Of a stretch of DNA of 64,000 nucleotides, positions 40,420-50,408 are shown in pieces. The stretch covers positions 139,601 to 203,600 of the forward strand of contig JAUYBE010000006.1 of assembly GCA_030693235.1 (NCBI GenBank), written 5' to 3'. Every line of letters begins with the position of its first letter. Positions within the stretch are counted from its first letter, which is position 1. This DNA is from a bacterium (GTDB lineage: Bacteria > Patescibacteriota > Minisyncoccia > UBA6257 > UBA9933). Position numbers and translations under genes: made by a program. The notes under the pieces are model-generated. The model was given only the letters and a program-made list of their open reading frames with translations. It searched no databases and was not told the DNA's origin.

Positions 40420-41280
40420 ATGATTAAAAAAGCCATTATTCCGGTTGCCGGGTTAGGAACAAGATTTTTGCCGGCGACAAAAGCTCAGCCAAAAGAAATG
40501 TTGCCGATTATAGATAAGCCGGTGATTCAGTATTTGGTTGAAGAAGCGGTTAAATCGGGGATTATCGATATTATTTTTGTTACCGGACGAGGCAAGCGGG
40601 CGATTGAAGACCATTTTGATTACGCGCCGGAACTGGAATCCCGCCTGCTTCAAAAAAATAAAGAAGATGTTTTTAAAAAAGTGAGAGCGATTTCCGAGTT
40701 GGCGAATTTTGCTTATGTCAGGCAAAAATCGCCTAAGGGCGATGGCGATGCTTTGCTTTGCGCCGATCATTTAATTAACGATGAGCCGGTGGCCGTTCTT
40801 TTTGGAGACGATGTTGTTGACGGCAAAATGCCTTGTCTTTCGCAAATGATTAAAGTTTTTGAGAAATATAAAGATTGCGTAGTCGCTCTTGAAGAAGTGC
40901 CGAGACAGGAAGTTAAGCATTACGGCGTCGTTAAGGCGGTTAAAATTTCCGAACAAATTTTTGAAATTCAAGACATTATTGAAAAACCGAATCCCAAAGA
41001 AGCGCCGTCTAATTTAACCATTGTCGGCAAATATATTCTTATTCCCGAAGTTTTTGAGGAATTAAAAAAGATTAAGCAGATAGAAAAAGGGGAACTTAAA
41101 CTGGCTGACGCTTTAAAATCTTTATTAAAAAAACGTCCGATTTACGGATATAAATTTGAAGGCAAGAGATATGATTGCGGAAGCAAAATCGGTTTTTTGA
41201 AAGCAACAGTTGATTTTGCTTTAAAACACCCGGAAGTAAAAAAAGATTTTAAAAAATATTTAAAGAGTTTAAAAATATAA
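40420..41280 (+). CDS. galU: UTP-glucose-1-phosphate uridylyltransferase
   Basis: KAIIPVAGLGTRFLPATKA.PKEMLP, IEDHFD, EKP. Confidence 0.96.
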   Translation: MIKKAIIPVAGLGTRFLPATKAQPKEMLPIIDKPVIQYLVEEAVKSGIIDIIFVTGRGKRAIEDHFDYAPELESRLLQKNKEDVFKKVRAISELANFAYVRQKSPKGDGDALLCADHLINDEPVAVLFGDDVVDGKMPCLSQMIKVFEKYKDCVVALEEVPRQEVKHYGVVKAVKISEQIFEIQDIIEKPNPKEAPSNLTIVGKYILIPEVFEELKKIKQIEKGELKLADALKSLLKKRPIYGYKFEGKRYDCGSKIGFLKATVDFALKHPEVKKDFKKYLKSLKI

Positions 41281-41323
41281 AATTATTGATTTTTCAATAA
41301 ATCTGTGTTAATATTTGATTCAT

Positions 41324-42386
41324 ATGAACGAAAATCCATTACAACGACTCGAAGAATTGAAAGAGCTTGCCCGGCGCTTAGCCGGGCGGCTTTGACGTTG
41401 AGACAAAGAGAAATCGCGTTAAAGAGATTGAATACGAATTTTCCGACCCTGATTTTTGGAAGAACAGGGAAATTGCCGACGCTAAAATAAAGGAAGTCGG
41501 CGAGTTAAATGAATTAGTAAAAAAATTTGATGAAATTGAAAAAAAATTGGCGGTTCCGTTAGATAGGCAGGCGGAAATATTACTTAAAGAAATTCAATCC
41601 AAACTTCGCAAGCTGGAAATTGAAAATTTATTTACCGGAAAATACGACAAGGGCCCGGCGATTGTTTCAGTTTTTGCCGGCGCCGGAGGACAGGATGCCG
41701 AAGATTGGGCCGGAATGCTTTATGAGATGTATGTGAAATTCAGCGAACAACGCGGCTGGAAAACAAAAATTATTCACGAAAGTTTTGGCGATTTTCAGTC
41801 AAGAACCGGCCGTCATCTGATTAAAGATATTGCTTTGGAAATTAAAGGCGATTACGCTTACGGTTATTTGAAAAAAGAAGCCGGCGTTCATCGCTTGGTA
41901 AGAATTTCGCCTTTTTCAGCGGAAAAGAAAAGGCATACTTCTTTCGCGTTGGTTGAAATTTTGCCGGAATTGAGCGAAATAAAAGAAGACGAATTCAAGA
42001 TTCCCGAAGAAGATTTGAAAATTGAATTTTTCCGTTCCAGCGGTCCGGGCGGCCAGAACGTCAATAAAGTTGAAACTGCCGTAAGAATAGTCCATACTCC
42101 GACCGGTTTATCGGCGAGCTCCCAAGTCGAACGCTCCCAATCCCAGAACCGCGAACGGGTTATGAATTTGCTTAAAGCCAAATTGATAAAACTAATGGAA
42201 GAAAGCCGGATAAAAGAATTAGGCCAGTTGCGAACCAAAGTAAAGCCGGAATGGGGGAATCAAATCCGTTCTTACGTGCTTCATCCGTATAAAATGGTAA
42301 AAGACCACAGAACAGGCGTTGAAACAAGCCGGGCAGAGGAAGTTTTAGAAGGAGATATTGATATGTTTGTGGAAAGTGAGGTATAA
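41324..42386 (+). CDS. prfB: Peptide chain release factor 2 with programmed +1 frameshift
   Basis: ATG 41324, 23 codons to CTT-TGA-C (41390-41396); +1 frame continues into SPF and GGQ motifs. Confidence 0.95.
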
Positions 42387-42395
42387 TATAAAAGC

Positions 42396-43088
42396 ATGAT
42401 TATCTTCCAAAACGTTTCCAAATTCTATAATAATAACAGCCATCAAACAACGGCTTTGGAGGACGCCAGTTTTACCATTAATTCCAAAGAGTTTGTTTCT
42501 CTTGTCGGAAAATCCGGAGCCGGCAAATCAACAATCGTTAAATTATTGATTGCCGAAGAAAAACCGACTAATGGCCGAGTTATTTTCGGCTCTTACGACG
42601 TTAATAAAATAAAGCAGCATGAATTGCCGCAACTTAGGCGCCGTATCGGCGTTATTTTTCAAGATTTTCGGCTTTTACCTAATAAAACGTCTTTTGAAAA
42701 CGTCGCTTTCGCCTTGGAAGCCGCGGGACGGCTTCAATCGGATATTGAAGAATTTGTTCCTCAAGCTCTGGAAATGGTCGGTTTGAAAGACAAAATGTTT
42801 AATTTTCCCAAAGAACTTTCCGGCGGCGAAAAACAAAGAGTGGCAATCGCCCGGGCGATGATTAATCATCCGGATATGATTATCGCGGATGAACCGACCG
42901 GCAATCTTGACCCGATAAACGCTTGGGAAATTATTAAATTATTGATTAAAATTAATGAATTGGGAACAACCGTGCTTTTAGCCACTCATAACAAAGAGAT
43001 CATCAATTATCTTGAAAGAAGAGTTATTAATTTGGAAAACGGCCGGATTACAAGAGATGAAGAGAAGGGGAAATACATATTAGTATAA
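42396..43088 (+). CDS. ftsE: Cell division ATPase FtsE
   Basis: GKSGAGKS, LRRRIGVIFQDFRLL, LSGGEKQR, ADEPTGNLD. Confidence 0.95.
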   Translation: MIIFQNVSKFYNNNSHQTTALEDASFTINSKEFVSLVGKSGAGKSTIVKLLIAEEKPTNGRVIFGSYDVNKIKQHELPQLRRRIGVIFQDFRLLPNKTSFENVAFALEAAGRLQSDIEEFVPQALEMVGLKDKMFNFPKELSGGEKQRVAIARAMINHPDMIIADEPTGNLDPINAWEIIKLLIKINELGTTVLLATHNKEIINYLERRVINLENGRITRDEEKGKYILV

Positions 43089-43094
43089 AATTAA

Positions 43095-44003
43095 ATGTTA
43101 ACAACGTTATTTCGCATAATTAAAAACGGTTTTCTCAGTTTTTGGCGGAACGGCTGGCTTTCAATGGCAACGCTTTCCATTATTATTCTGGCTTTGTTGG
43201 TTTTTGAAGGAATAATAATTTTTAATATTTTAACCAAAACCGCTTTAACCGCTCTTCAGGATAAAATAGATATCAGTATTTATTTTAAAACCAACACTCC
43301 GGAAGACGAGATATTGAAAACGAAAAAATCTCTGGAAACATTGGCCGAGGTTAAAAATATAGAATACATTCCCCGCGACAAAGCTCTGGAAATTTTTAAA
43401 GAGCGGCACAAAAACGATTCTGCTATTTCTCAATCGCTTGAAGAGCTTCAAGATAATCCGCTTTTGGCTTCGTTAAACATCAAGGCTCATAATCCGAAAG
43501 AATACGTTATAATCTCCGGTCATCTTGACGAGGCGAGTTTTAAAGGCTGGTTTGAAAAAGTCACTTACGCCCAGAACGCGGTGGTGATTGAAAGATTGGG
43601 ACGCATTATTGATACGGCTCAAAAAGGCGGTTTGATTCTGATTATTTTTATCGCTCTTATCGCGGTGCTTGTGACTTTTAACACCATTAGATTGGCGATT
43701 TATTCCAATCGGGAAGAAATCGGAATAATGCGCTTAGTGGGCGCTTCCAATTCTTTTATCAGAGGCCCTTATGTGGTGGAAGGAATAATTTACGGTACGA
43801 TAGCCGGAATTATAAGCATTGCCATTGCCGGCCCTGTTATTTATTTCGCTTCGCCTTATATTAAAATTTTCATCCCGGAAATAAATCTTTGGTCTTATTT
43901 CGCTTCGCATTTATTCACTTTTCTGGGTTATCAATTGCTTTTCGGAATCGGTTTGGGAATTATTTCTTCAAGCATCGCGATAAGCAAATATCTCAGAATT
44001 TAA
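43095..44003 (+). CDS. ftsX: Cell division permease FtsX
   Basis: NTIRLAI..R.EI.IMRLVGA...FIRGP...EG. Confidence 0.95.
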   Translation: MLTTLFRIIKNGFLSFWRNGWLSMATLSIIILALLVFEGIIIFNILTKTALTALQDKIDISIYFKTNTPEDEILKTKKSLETLAEVKNIEYIPRDKALEIFKERHKNDSAISQSLEELQDNPLLASLNIKAHNPKEYVIISGHLDEASFKGWFEKVTYAQNAVVIERLGRIIDTAQKGGLILIIFIALIAVLVTFNTIRLAIYSNREEIGIMRLVGASNSFIRGPYVVEGIIYGTIAGIISIAIAGPVIYFASPYIKIFIPEINLWSYFASHLFTFLGYQLLFGIGLGIISSSIAISKYLRI

Positions 44004-45682
44004 ATCTTGTGGTTTATCCTTGCCATCATTTCCAAGTCTTTATTTTTTAATTGTTCCAAGATTTGCAAAGTCGGATCAATGGCAATGCTTCTTCCTAAAT
44101 ATTGACCCGAAGTGAAATGGGGAAGCAGCGCGTAATCAACTCCTTGCTCGTAAAGAATTTCCGCTTCTTTTTCGTCTTGGGCTCTTATAATCACTTTTAT
44201 TTTATTCCGATTTTTTAATGAGTTGAGTTCGGAAAGCAGCGTTAAGTTGTCTTCAAAATCAGGGCTTGTCGAAATAATCAAACGGGCTTCGTTAAAATTG
44301 GCTCTTTCAAAAATTTCCGCGTCACCGATGTCGCCGAAGACATAATCAAAGCCGTGTTTTCTTAATTGGCTGATTATTTCGGGGTCAAAATCAATAATTA
44401 AAAGATCGTCTTTGGGAAGATGAAAAGCGATGCTTTGCCCCAAGCGATGAAAGCCGATTAAAATTACCGGTTTCTTGAATTGTTTAATCAGGGAGTCGTT
44501 TTCTTTTATATTTTTTCTTTCAAATAAAGAAAGAAAGCCGCTTAATCGTTTGAAAATTTTGTTTGCATGAATAATCATATAAGTTGAAAGAATAATGGTA
44601 ATAATGCCGACGGCCGTAATTAAAGAAACCACTTTTTCGTTTAAATGTCCGAGTTTAAATCCGAGAGCCGCCAGAATCAAACTGAATTCTGAAATTTGGG
44701 CCACTGTCAATCCGCACATAAAACTTGTTCTTTTGCGATAACCCATAATTCCCATAATGATTAAAACAATCAAAGGATTGCCGATTAGAACAAAAAGCGA
44801 AAACACTATAATTTGAACGGTTATGCCGGAAAGATTGGAAAAAATAAGCGAGGAACCCAAAATAACGAAGAAAATTAAAATAAAGAAATCTCTTAATGAT
44901 TTTATTTTGGCGGAAATCTGGAAATGTTCGGAAGAATTGGCTAACGCCAAACCGGCCAGAAATCCGCCGATTTCAATGGAAAAACCAAACTTTGTCGTAA
45001 GCGTGGCTATGCCAAAGCACCAAGCAAGACTTGTCAAAAAAAGAAGTTCCTGGGAGCTGGCGATTTTGTTAAAAATCAGAGGAAGAATTTTTCTTCCCAA
45101 ATAAAGCATAGCGACAAAAAGCGCGACTCCTTTCATAATTGTAAAAACGGCGCCGCTTAAAACGATTTTTTCTCCGCCGATTCCCGCTAAGAAAATCAAA
45201 AGCAAGATTGCCGCAAAATCCTGAACCAAAAGAAATCCGATGCTGATTTTTCCATAAAGACTGTTGATGTCTTTTTTCTCGGAAAGCAATTTAACAATGA
45301 TGATGGTGCTGGAAAAAGTCAGGGCAATGGCGATATAGGCCGATTGAATATAATTAAAGTTAAAAAATGTCGCGATAAAAAAACCGATAAGAGCCGTAAA
45401 AATAATCTGGCCGATACCGGCTATAAGCGAAATTTTTCCGACTAATCTCAAAGAAGAATAATTGATTTCCAGACCGACTAAAAAAAGCAAAAACATTATG
45501 CCCAATTCGGAAAAAGTCTTAAAAAGCTCTTTATTGTCCAAATGGAAAAAACCAAAGATGCCAATAATGATACCGGTAAAAATATAAGCCAGAATAATCG
45601 GCTGTTTTAGCTGCCGGCTTATAATCCCCAAGCCGGCGGCGATGAGAATGACAATCGCTAATTCAAAAAATCCCGTGGACAT
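44000..45682 (-). CDS. CPA2 (Kef-type) cation/proton antiporter with TrkA-N domain
   Basis: LLF.VGLE, FSST.I, LRDFF..IFF, QISEFS, C-terminal RCK; start at 45682. Confidence 0.9.
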   Translation of the reverse strand: MSTGFFELAIVILIAAGLGIISRQLKQPIILAYIFTGIIIGIFGFFHLDNKELFKTFSELGIMFLLFLVGLEINYSSLRLVGKISLIAGIGQIIFTALIGFFIATFFNFNYIQSAYIAIALTFSSTIIIVKLLSEKKDINSLYGKISIGFLLVQDFAAILLLIFLAGIGGEKIVLSGAVFTIMKGVALFVAMLYLGRKILPLIFNKIASSQELLFLTSLAWCFGIATLTTKFGFSIEIGGFLAGLALANSSEHFQISAKIKSLRDFFILIFFVILGSSLIFSNLSGITVQIIVFSLFVLIGNPLIVLIIMGIMGYRKRTSFMCGLTVAQISEFSLILAALGFKLGHLNEKVVSLITAVGIITIILSTYMIIHANKIFKRLSGFLSLFERKNIKENDSLIKQFKKPVILIGFHRLGQSIAFHLPKDDLLIIDFDPEIISQLRKHGFDYVFGDIGDAEIFERANFNEARLIISTSPDFEDNLTLLSELNSLKNRNKIKVIIRAQDEKEAEILYEQGVDYALLPHFTSGQYLGRSIAIDPTLQILEQLKNKDLEMMARINHKI

Positions 45683-45685
45683 AAA

Positions 45686-45727
45686 ATAATTATAGCAGAT
45701 TGACAATCGAGCCGCAAATCTTATAAT
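45686..45727. promoter_or_regulatory. Divergent promoters (antiporter / ABC-F)
   Basis: Plus strand TTGACA-16-TATAAT (45700-45727); minus strand TGcTATAAT 6 nt before the ATG at 45682. Confidence 0.65.
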
Positions 45728-45770
45728 TAATAATCTAGATGAATAAATGCCCCCTCAGGGGAGTTTTTTT

Positions 45771-47243
45771 ATGACAGAACACCTTAATGAGAAAAAAACA
45801 ACCGGAAACGTTATTTTGCGATTTGATAATGTTTCTTTTAATCACGGCATTAAACCGATTTTTAATGAGGTCAGTTTTGGCGTTCGCGAAGGAGCGAAAA
45901 TAACAGTGATGGGCCAAAACGGCGCCGGCAAAAGCACTTTATTCGGCCTTATAATGTCCGTTCATAATCCGGAAGAGGGCAATATCCATATTCAAAAAGG
46001 ATTGACTATCAGCCAAGCAACGCAGGTGATGCCTCGCGAAAAACTTGATTTTTCAGTCCGAGAATTTTTTCAAAGCGCCTTTGCTGAAAAGGTATACAAT
46101 ATTGATCCGCGAATAAAAGAAGTCTTGGAAGTTGTTCGTCTGGTTGCTCCATTTGAGAAAAAAATCAGCGATTTTTCCGGAGGACAACAAGCTCGCTTGT
46201 TATTGGCGTACGCGCTTATTCAAAAGCCGGATATTTTATTGCTTGACGAGCCGACCAATAATTTAGACAAGCAGGGGATAGAGTATTTAACGAAATTTTT
46301 GATTGAATACGCGAAAACTTGTTTGGTTATTTCGCACGACGCTAAATTTTTAAATTCTTTCACGCACGGCGTTTTATATATTGATTCCCGTACGCGTAAA
46401 ATAGAATACTATGTCGGCGATTATTTTGATGTGGTTGCCGAGATAACGGCCAGAATAGAGCGCGATCGCATGAAAAATGTCCGCTTGGAGCGGGATATTT
46501 CCAATCGCAAAGAGCAAGCTAATTTTTTCGCCCAAAAAGGAGGACATATGCGCGATGTCGCCAAAAAAATGAATAAAAAAATAAAAGAGTTGGAAGGGCA
46601 GTTGGTTGAAACTCGCAAGGATGACAAGACGATTCGCGATTTTATTATTCCGGCGACAATTTTTTCCGAACCGGTGGCAACCATTAATTCAGTTTCAATA
46701 ATACATAATCATAAGCCGACGGCTAAAAAAGTCGGCGTTGTTTTAAAAAAAAGAGAGCGGCTATTGATAAGCGGCCCGAATGGCATTGGCAAAACTTTCT
46801 TTTTGGAGAGTATGGTGAACGGCTCGGCAAAAGGCGTTTCTCTGCTCAAGGAAGCGGTTATCGGTTATTATCGACAGGATTTTTCCGGCCTTGATATGAA
46901 TGCTTCGGTGTACGAAACGCTGTCCGACGTTATGAAAACCGGCTCTGACGAACAGCTTCGTTCAGTGGCGGCGCAGTTTTTATTAACAAGCGAGATTCTG
47001 AATAATAAAGTTAAATCGCTTTCCGAGGGGCAAAAGGGTCTGCTTTGTTTCGCGCAATTCGCGCTTCAACATCCGGCGCTTTTAATACTTGACGAACCGA
47101 CCAATCATATCAATTTTCGCCACTTGCCGGTTATAGCGCGGGCGCTTAATAAATACGAAGGCGCCATGATTCTCATTTCCCATATGAGCGAATTTATTGA
47201 TGAAGTGAAAGTCACGCAAACTCTTGATCTCGGGGCGCTGTGA
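45771..47243 (+). CDS. ABC-F family ATPase
   Basis: Two ABC domains (GQNGAGKS/SGGQ/LLDEPTNNLD; GPNGIGKT/LSEGQK/LDEPTNH), no TM. Confidence 0.92.
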   Translation: MTEHLNEKKTTGNVILRFDNVSFNHGIKPIFNEVSFGVREGAKITVMGQNGAGKSTLFGLIMSVHNPEEGNIHIQKGLTISQATQVMPREKLDFSVREFFQSAFAEKVYNIDPRIKEVLEVVRLVAPFEKKISDFSGGQQARLLLAYALIQKPDILLLDEPTNNLDKQGIEYLTKFLIEYAKTCLVISHDAKFLNSFTHGVLYIDSRTRKIEYYVGDYFDVVAEITARIERDRMKNVRLERDISNRKEQANFFAQKGGHMRDVAKKMNKKIKELEGQLVETRKDDKTIRDFIIPATIFSEPVATINSVSIIHNHKPTAKKVGVVLKKRERLLISGPNGIGKTFFLESMVNGSAKGVSLLKEAVIGYYRQDFSGLDMNASVYETLSDVMKTGSDEQLRSVAAQFLLTSEILNNKVKSLSEGQKGLLCFAQFALQHPALLILDEPTNHINFRHLPVIARALNKYEGAMILISHMSEFIDEVKVTQTLDLGAL

Positions 47244-47245
47244 TT

Positions 47246-48208
47246 TTATTTTTCCGATTTTATTTTATTTAAAATCTTTTTTACTTTTTCCAAACTATTT
47301 TCGTCAAGGATAGAAATGGGAAAGGTGCTCTTGTTTATTTTTTTCAGCTCTTTTAATTTTTCCGCGAGCGATTTTTCGTTAATCATATCGCTCTTGCTTA
47401 GAAACACATATTCCGGTTTTTTTATAAGTTCTTTGCTATGCGTTTCAAGTTCTTTTTTTATTATCGCGTAATCTTTCGCCGGATTTTCCGATTCCGCGGA
47501 AATTAAATGAAAAAGAATTTTCGTGCGTTCAATATGGCGGAGGAATTTTATGCCCAAGCCCTTGCCAACGGACGCGCCTTCAATGAGCCCGGGAACATCC
47601 GCGATAATAAGTTCGTAATACGCTCCCAAATTCGGTTCTAAAGTCGTGAAAGGATAGTTCGCGACTTTGCTTTTCGCTTTCGTAAGTTCGTTTAACAAGC
47701 TGGATTTTCCGGCATTCGGCAAACCGATAAGTCCGACATCTGCGATAAGTTTGAGTTCTAATCTGACGGTAGAATATTCGCCCGACAGGCCTTCTTGAAA
47801 TTGCTTTGGACTGGTGTTGGTCGAAGAGCGAAAATGAAAATTTCCTTTTCCGCCGAAACCGCCTTTTACGACAAGAATTCTCTCGCCGATTTTTAACACT
47901 TCCGCAGTCTCATTCATTTCTATTTTATGAATTACCGTTCCGACCGGAACTTTTAAAACAACGTCGCTTCCATCGGAACCGTCGTTAAATTGCGCCCTTC
48001 CGTCCGCGCCGTCTTTCGCTTTAATATCTTTTTTATTCCTGAATTGGCCGAGAGCGTTTAAATCCGGAACGCCCTCAAAAAAAACACTGCCGCCTTTGCC
48101 GCCGCTTCCGCCTGTCGGACCCAGGCTCATCATATTTTTATTAAAAGCCACTGCGCCTCTCCCGCCATTGCCAGCGCTGACTTTGATTGTTACGTCGTCG
48201 ATTAGCAT
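47246..48208 (-). CDS. obgE: GTPase ObgE
   Basis: Gly-rich Obg domain, LKLIADVGLIGLPNAGKS, YPFTTL.PNLG. Confidence 0.97.
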   Translation of the reverse strand: MLIDDVTIKVSAGNGGRGAVAFNKNMMSLGPTGGSGGKGGSVFFEGVPDLNALGQFRNKKDIKAKDGADGRAQFNDGSDGSDVVLKVPVGTVIHKIEMNETAEVLKIGERILVVKGGFGGKGNFHFRSSTNTSPKQFQEGLSGEYSTVRLELKLIADVGLIGLPNAGKSSLLNELTKAKSKVANYPFTTLEPNLGAYYELIIADVPGLIEGASVGKGLGIKFLRHIERTKILFHLISAESENPAKDYAIIKKELETHSKELIKKPEYVFLSKSDMINEKSLAEKLKELKKINKSTFPISILDENSLEKVKKILNKIKSEK

Positions 48209-48260
48209 ATAAAAATTTACTTAGACATTATAAATTTTTTTGAGGATTTAGAATAGGGGG

Positions 48261-48896
48261 CTAAGCGAATAACTCATCCAATGAATGAATTATTGCGGTG
48301 GCGTATTCTTTTAAATCGAATTTGTGTTCTTTTCTATTAAGATAAATAAAATCAACTCCTGTGTTTTTGGCATAATAAGCGTCTTCACTGCTGTTTCCCA
48401 CGTATACGGTTTCCTCCGGTTTTAAACAAAGTTGCTCGAGCGTGTGATGAAAACTTGACGGATCGGGCTTTTCGCTAAATTCGCTGTCCGCGATGGAAAA
48501 ATAAAAATCATGCGGAGCGCCGTTTAATTTTTTTATTTCTATTTGCGCTATTTTACGGGGAGCTCCCGTGATAATAGAGATTGTTTTACCCAAATCTTTT
48601 AATTTTCTGAATGTCGGTTCCGCGTCTTCATACGCTTGCGTATGAGCTGAACGCTGTTCCGGCGTATCTATAATATGAAAAAGTTCCCAAAATTTATCGG
48701 GGTTTAAATTAAAATGATTTTTTATGATTTCGCTTCTTCCTGATTCAAACCAAAATCTATCAATAACAAATTCATCCGCTATATTCCCGCCAAGCTGTTT
48801 TATTACCACAGGCACGACTCTGTGCCTGTATTCAGGCATTGTATGTATTAACGTGCCGTCTAAATCAAAAGAAATGTGTTTATATTTATTAATCAT
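48261..48896 (-). CDS. HAD-family hydrolase
   Basis: FDLDGTL, KPDP, YVGNS.ED. Confidence 0.88.
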   Translation of the reverse strand: MINKYKHISFDLDGTLIHTMPEYRHRVVPVVIKQLGGNIADEFVIDRFWFESGRSEIIKNHFNLNPDKFWELFHIIDTPEQRSAHTQAYEDAEPTFRKLKDLGKTISIITGAPRKIAQIEIKKLNGAPHDFYFSIADSEFSEKPDPSSFHHTLEQLCLKPEETVYVGNSSEDAYYAKNTGVDFIYLNRKEHKFDLKEYATAIIHSLDELFA

Positions 48897-48927
48897 AATA
48901 ACCGATCTTGAATAAATTTACGAATTT

Positions 48928-49599
48928 TCATTTTTTGATCACTAAAGATAAAGTTTTATCAAAATCTCTATTTTTTTTCCAAGATTTTTCAATTAATCGT
49001 CTTAATTTATTATGCGGAGCGCGGCCATAATCCGGGAAAAATAAAAATTTATCAAATTCTAAATTGAGTAAAACCGTGAATGCTTCTTTTATGTCCCAAA
49101 TTTTATTTTCTGAAAGTCCGCTATTTTCACATTTTTCCCAATAATATTTATGGAACATAAAATGCATTAGCTCGTGCATGGCTGTGTCAATTGCTATGTA
49201 TTTATTGCTAAACATTTTGACCGCAAACCATTCTTCTTTTATTTTATAACCAAACTTATCGGCAGAAGATAATACTCCTTTAACTGATTTATGGGGAAAT
49301 CGGTGTTTATGTACTTGTTCCAGTTTTTTAATAAAATCCTTTTCAATTTTTAACCACTCTTTGTTTATATCTTGAGCAAGAGATTTTAATTGCCTTTCTT
49401 TTTTATAAAGATATTCAATATTTTTTCTTATAACATTTTTTCTCTTTATTAGGGGTAATTTTAATAAATTTTCATTTGCTGGGATTATTTGTTGCGGAAA
49501 CCCCCGATCTATATTTCTTTTATATGCATTTAAAGCAATTAGATGATTTTCAATGTCTAAATTTTTATCAATAACAAATTTAATTATTTGTTTTTTCAT
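48928..49599 (-). CDS. Hypothetical HExxH protein (putative zinc metallopeptidase)
   Basis: MHELMH...KE; AT-rich. Confidence 0.55.
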   Translation of the reverse strand: MKKQIIKFVIDKNLDIENHLIALNAYKRNIDRGFPQQIIPANENLLKLPLIKRKNVIRKNIEYLYKKERQLKSLAQDINKEWLKIEKDFIKKLEQVHKHRFPHKSVKGVLSSADKFGYKIKEEWFAVKMFSNKYIAIDTAMHELMHFMFHKYYWEKCENSGLSENKIWDIKEAFTVLLNLEFDKFLFFPDYGRAPHNKLRRLIEKSWKKNRDFDKTLSLVIKK

Positions 49600-49604
49600 A
49601 AAGT

Positions 49605-49678
49605 TGGCTGCGGGGCTAGGAATCGGACCTAGATTTAGAGATTCAAAGTCTCTCGTGCTACCATTACACTACCCCGCA
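49605..49678 (-). tRNA. tRNA-Gln(UUG)
   Basis: Reverse complement TGCGGGG...AGAGA-CTTTGAA-TCTCT...CTAGG-TCCGATT-CCTAG-CCCCGCA-G-CCA. Confidence 0.93.
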
Positions 49679-50353
49679 ATTTCCCAAAATACCTTCTATC
49701 CAACCGCTAATTTTTCTGTTTAAATTAGTACTTTTGTTCACTAATATCCTTACTAATCCATAATAATTCTCATTCGTATTTTTTCTTTTCGTATTAACTT
49801 TGTTTCTTTTAAAATATACATATTTAAATTTATTTTGTGAAGCTTTAGTGATTTTTGACCAGTACTGGATGGAATCAACTACTTTATTTTTAGAATTTTC
49901 GTGTATGTAAATTTCATACTTTATATCATTTTCCGGTATTTTTAATATTTTACGCAACCATTCCATAAAAACTTTTATCATCATTGGATCGGAATTGCTA
50001 AAAGTTACTCCTTGACTAATATTATGCGGTTTTGATTTACTGCCTTCAGCCCAATATAAAGAAACTCCTATTAGCCATAATTCTCTATTTGAAATGTTTT
50101 TTATTTCCGAAATAGCTTTATTTTTAATGAGCCGGACTATTTCAATCCTTTTATTTCTTTTGGCGATAGCCCCGCGTTGCATACTAGCCAATTTCTTTTC
50201 TGTCAATCTTTGTTTTTGTTTTTTAGACAAACCAACCGATCTTAGCCATAAAGAAAGCGTTGATTTAGCAACCGGAATTTGTTTTAAAATTTCAGAATAA
50301 GAAAAACCCAACTTTCTTAAATTTATTGCCTTTTCTTTTGCTGTGGCTTTCAT
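49664..50353 (-). CDS. HTH + LAGLIDADG-like protein overlapping tRNA-Gln
   Basis: LRKLGFSYSEI...VAKSTLSLWL (HTH); GVSLYWAEGSK...FSNSDP (LAGLIDADG-like). Confidence 0.65.
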   Translation of the reverse strand: MKATAKEKAINLRKLGFSYSEILKQIPVAKSTLSLWLRSVGLSKKQKQRLTEKKLASMQRGAIAKRNKRIEIVRLIKNKAISEIKNISNRELWLIGVSLYWAEGSKSKPHNISQGVTFSNSDPMMIKVFMEWLRKILKIPENDIKYEIYIHENSKNKVVDSIQYWSKITKASQNKFKYVYFKRNKVNTKRKNTNENYYGLVRILVNKSTNLNRKISGWIEGILGNCGVV

Positions 50354-50408
50354 ATGAACAACGATGATATATGTAAATTATATTATATCGTTGTTCGAAA
50401 ATCAATCA

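Noticed and set aside
41305-41490. 61-aa ORF before prfB, or a prfB pseudogene
   Set aside because: Explained by the canonical RF2 programmed frameshift.
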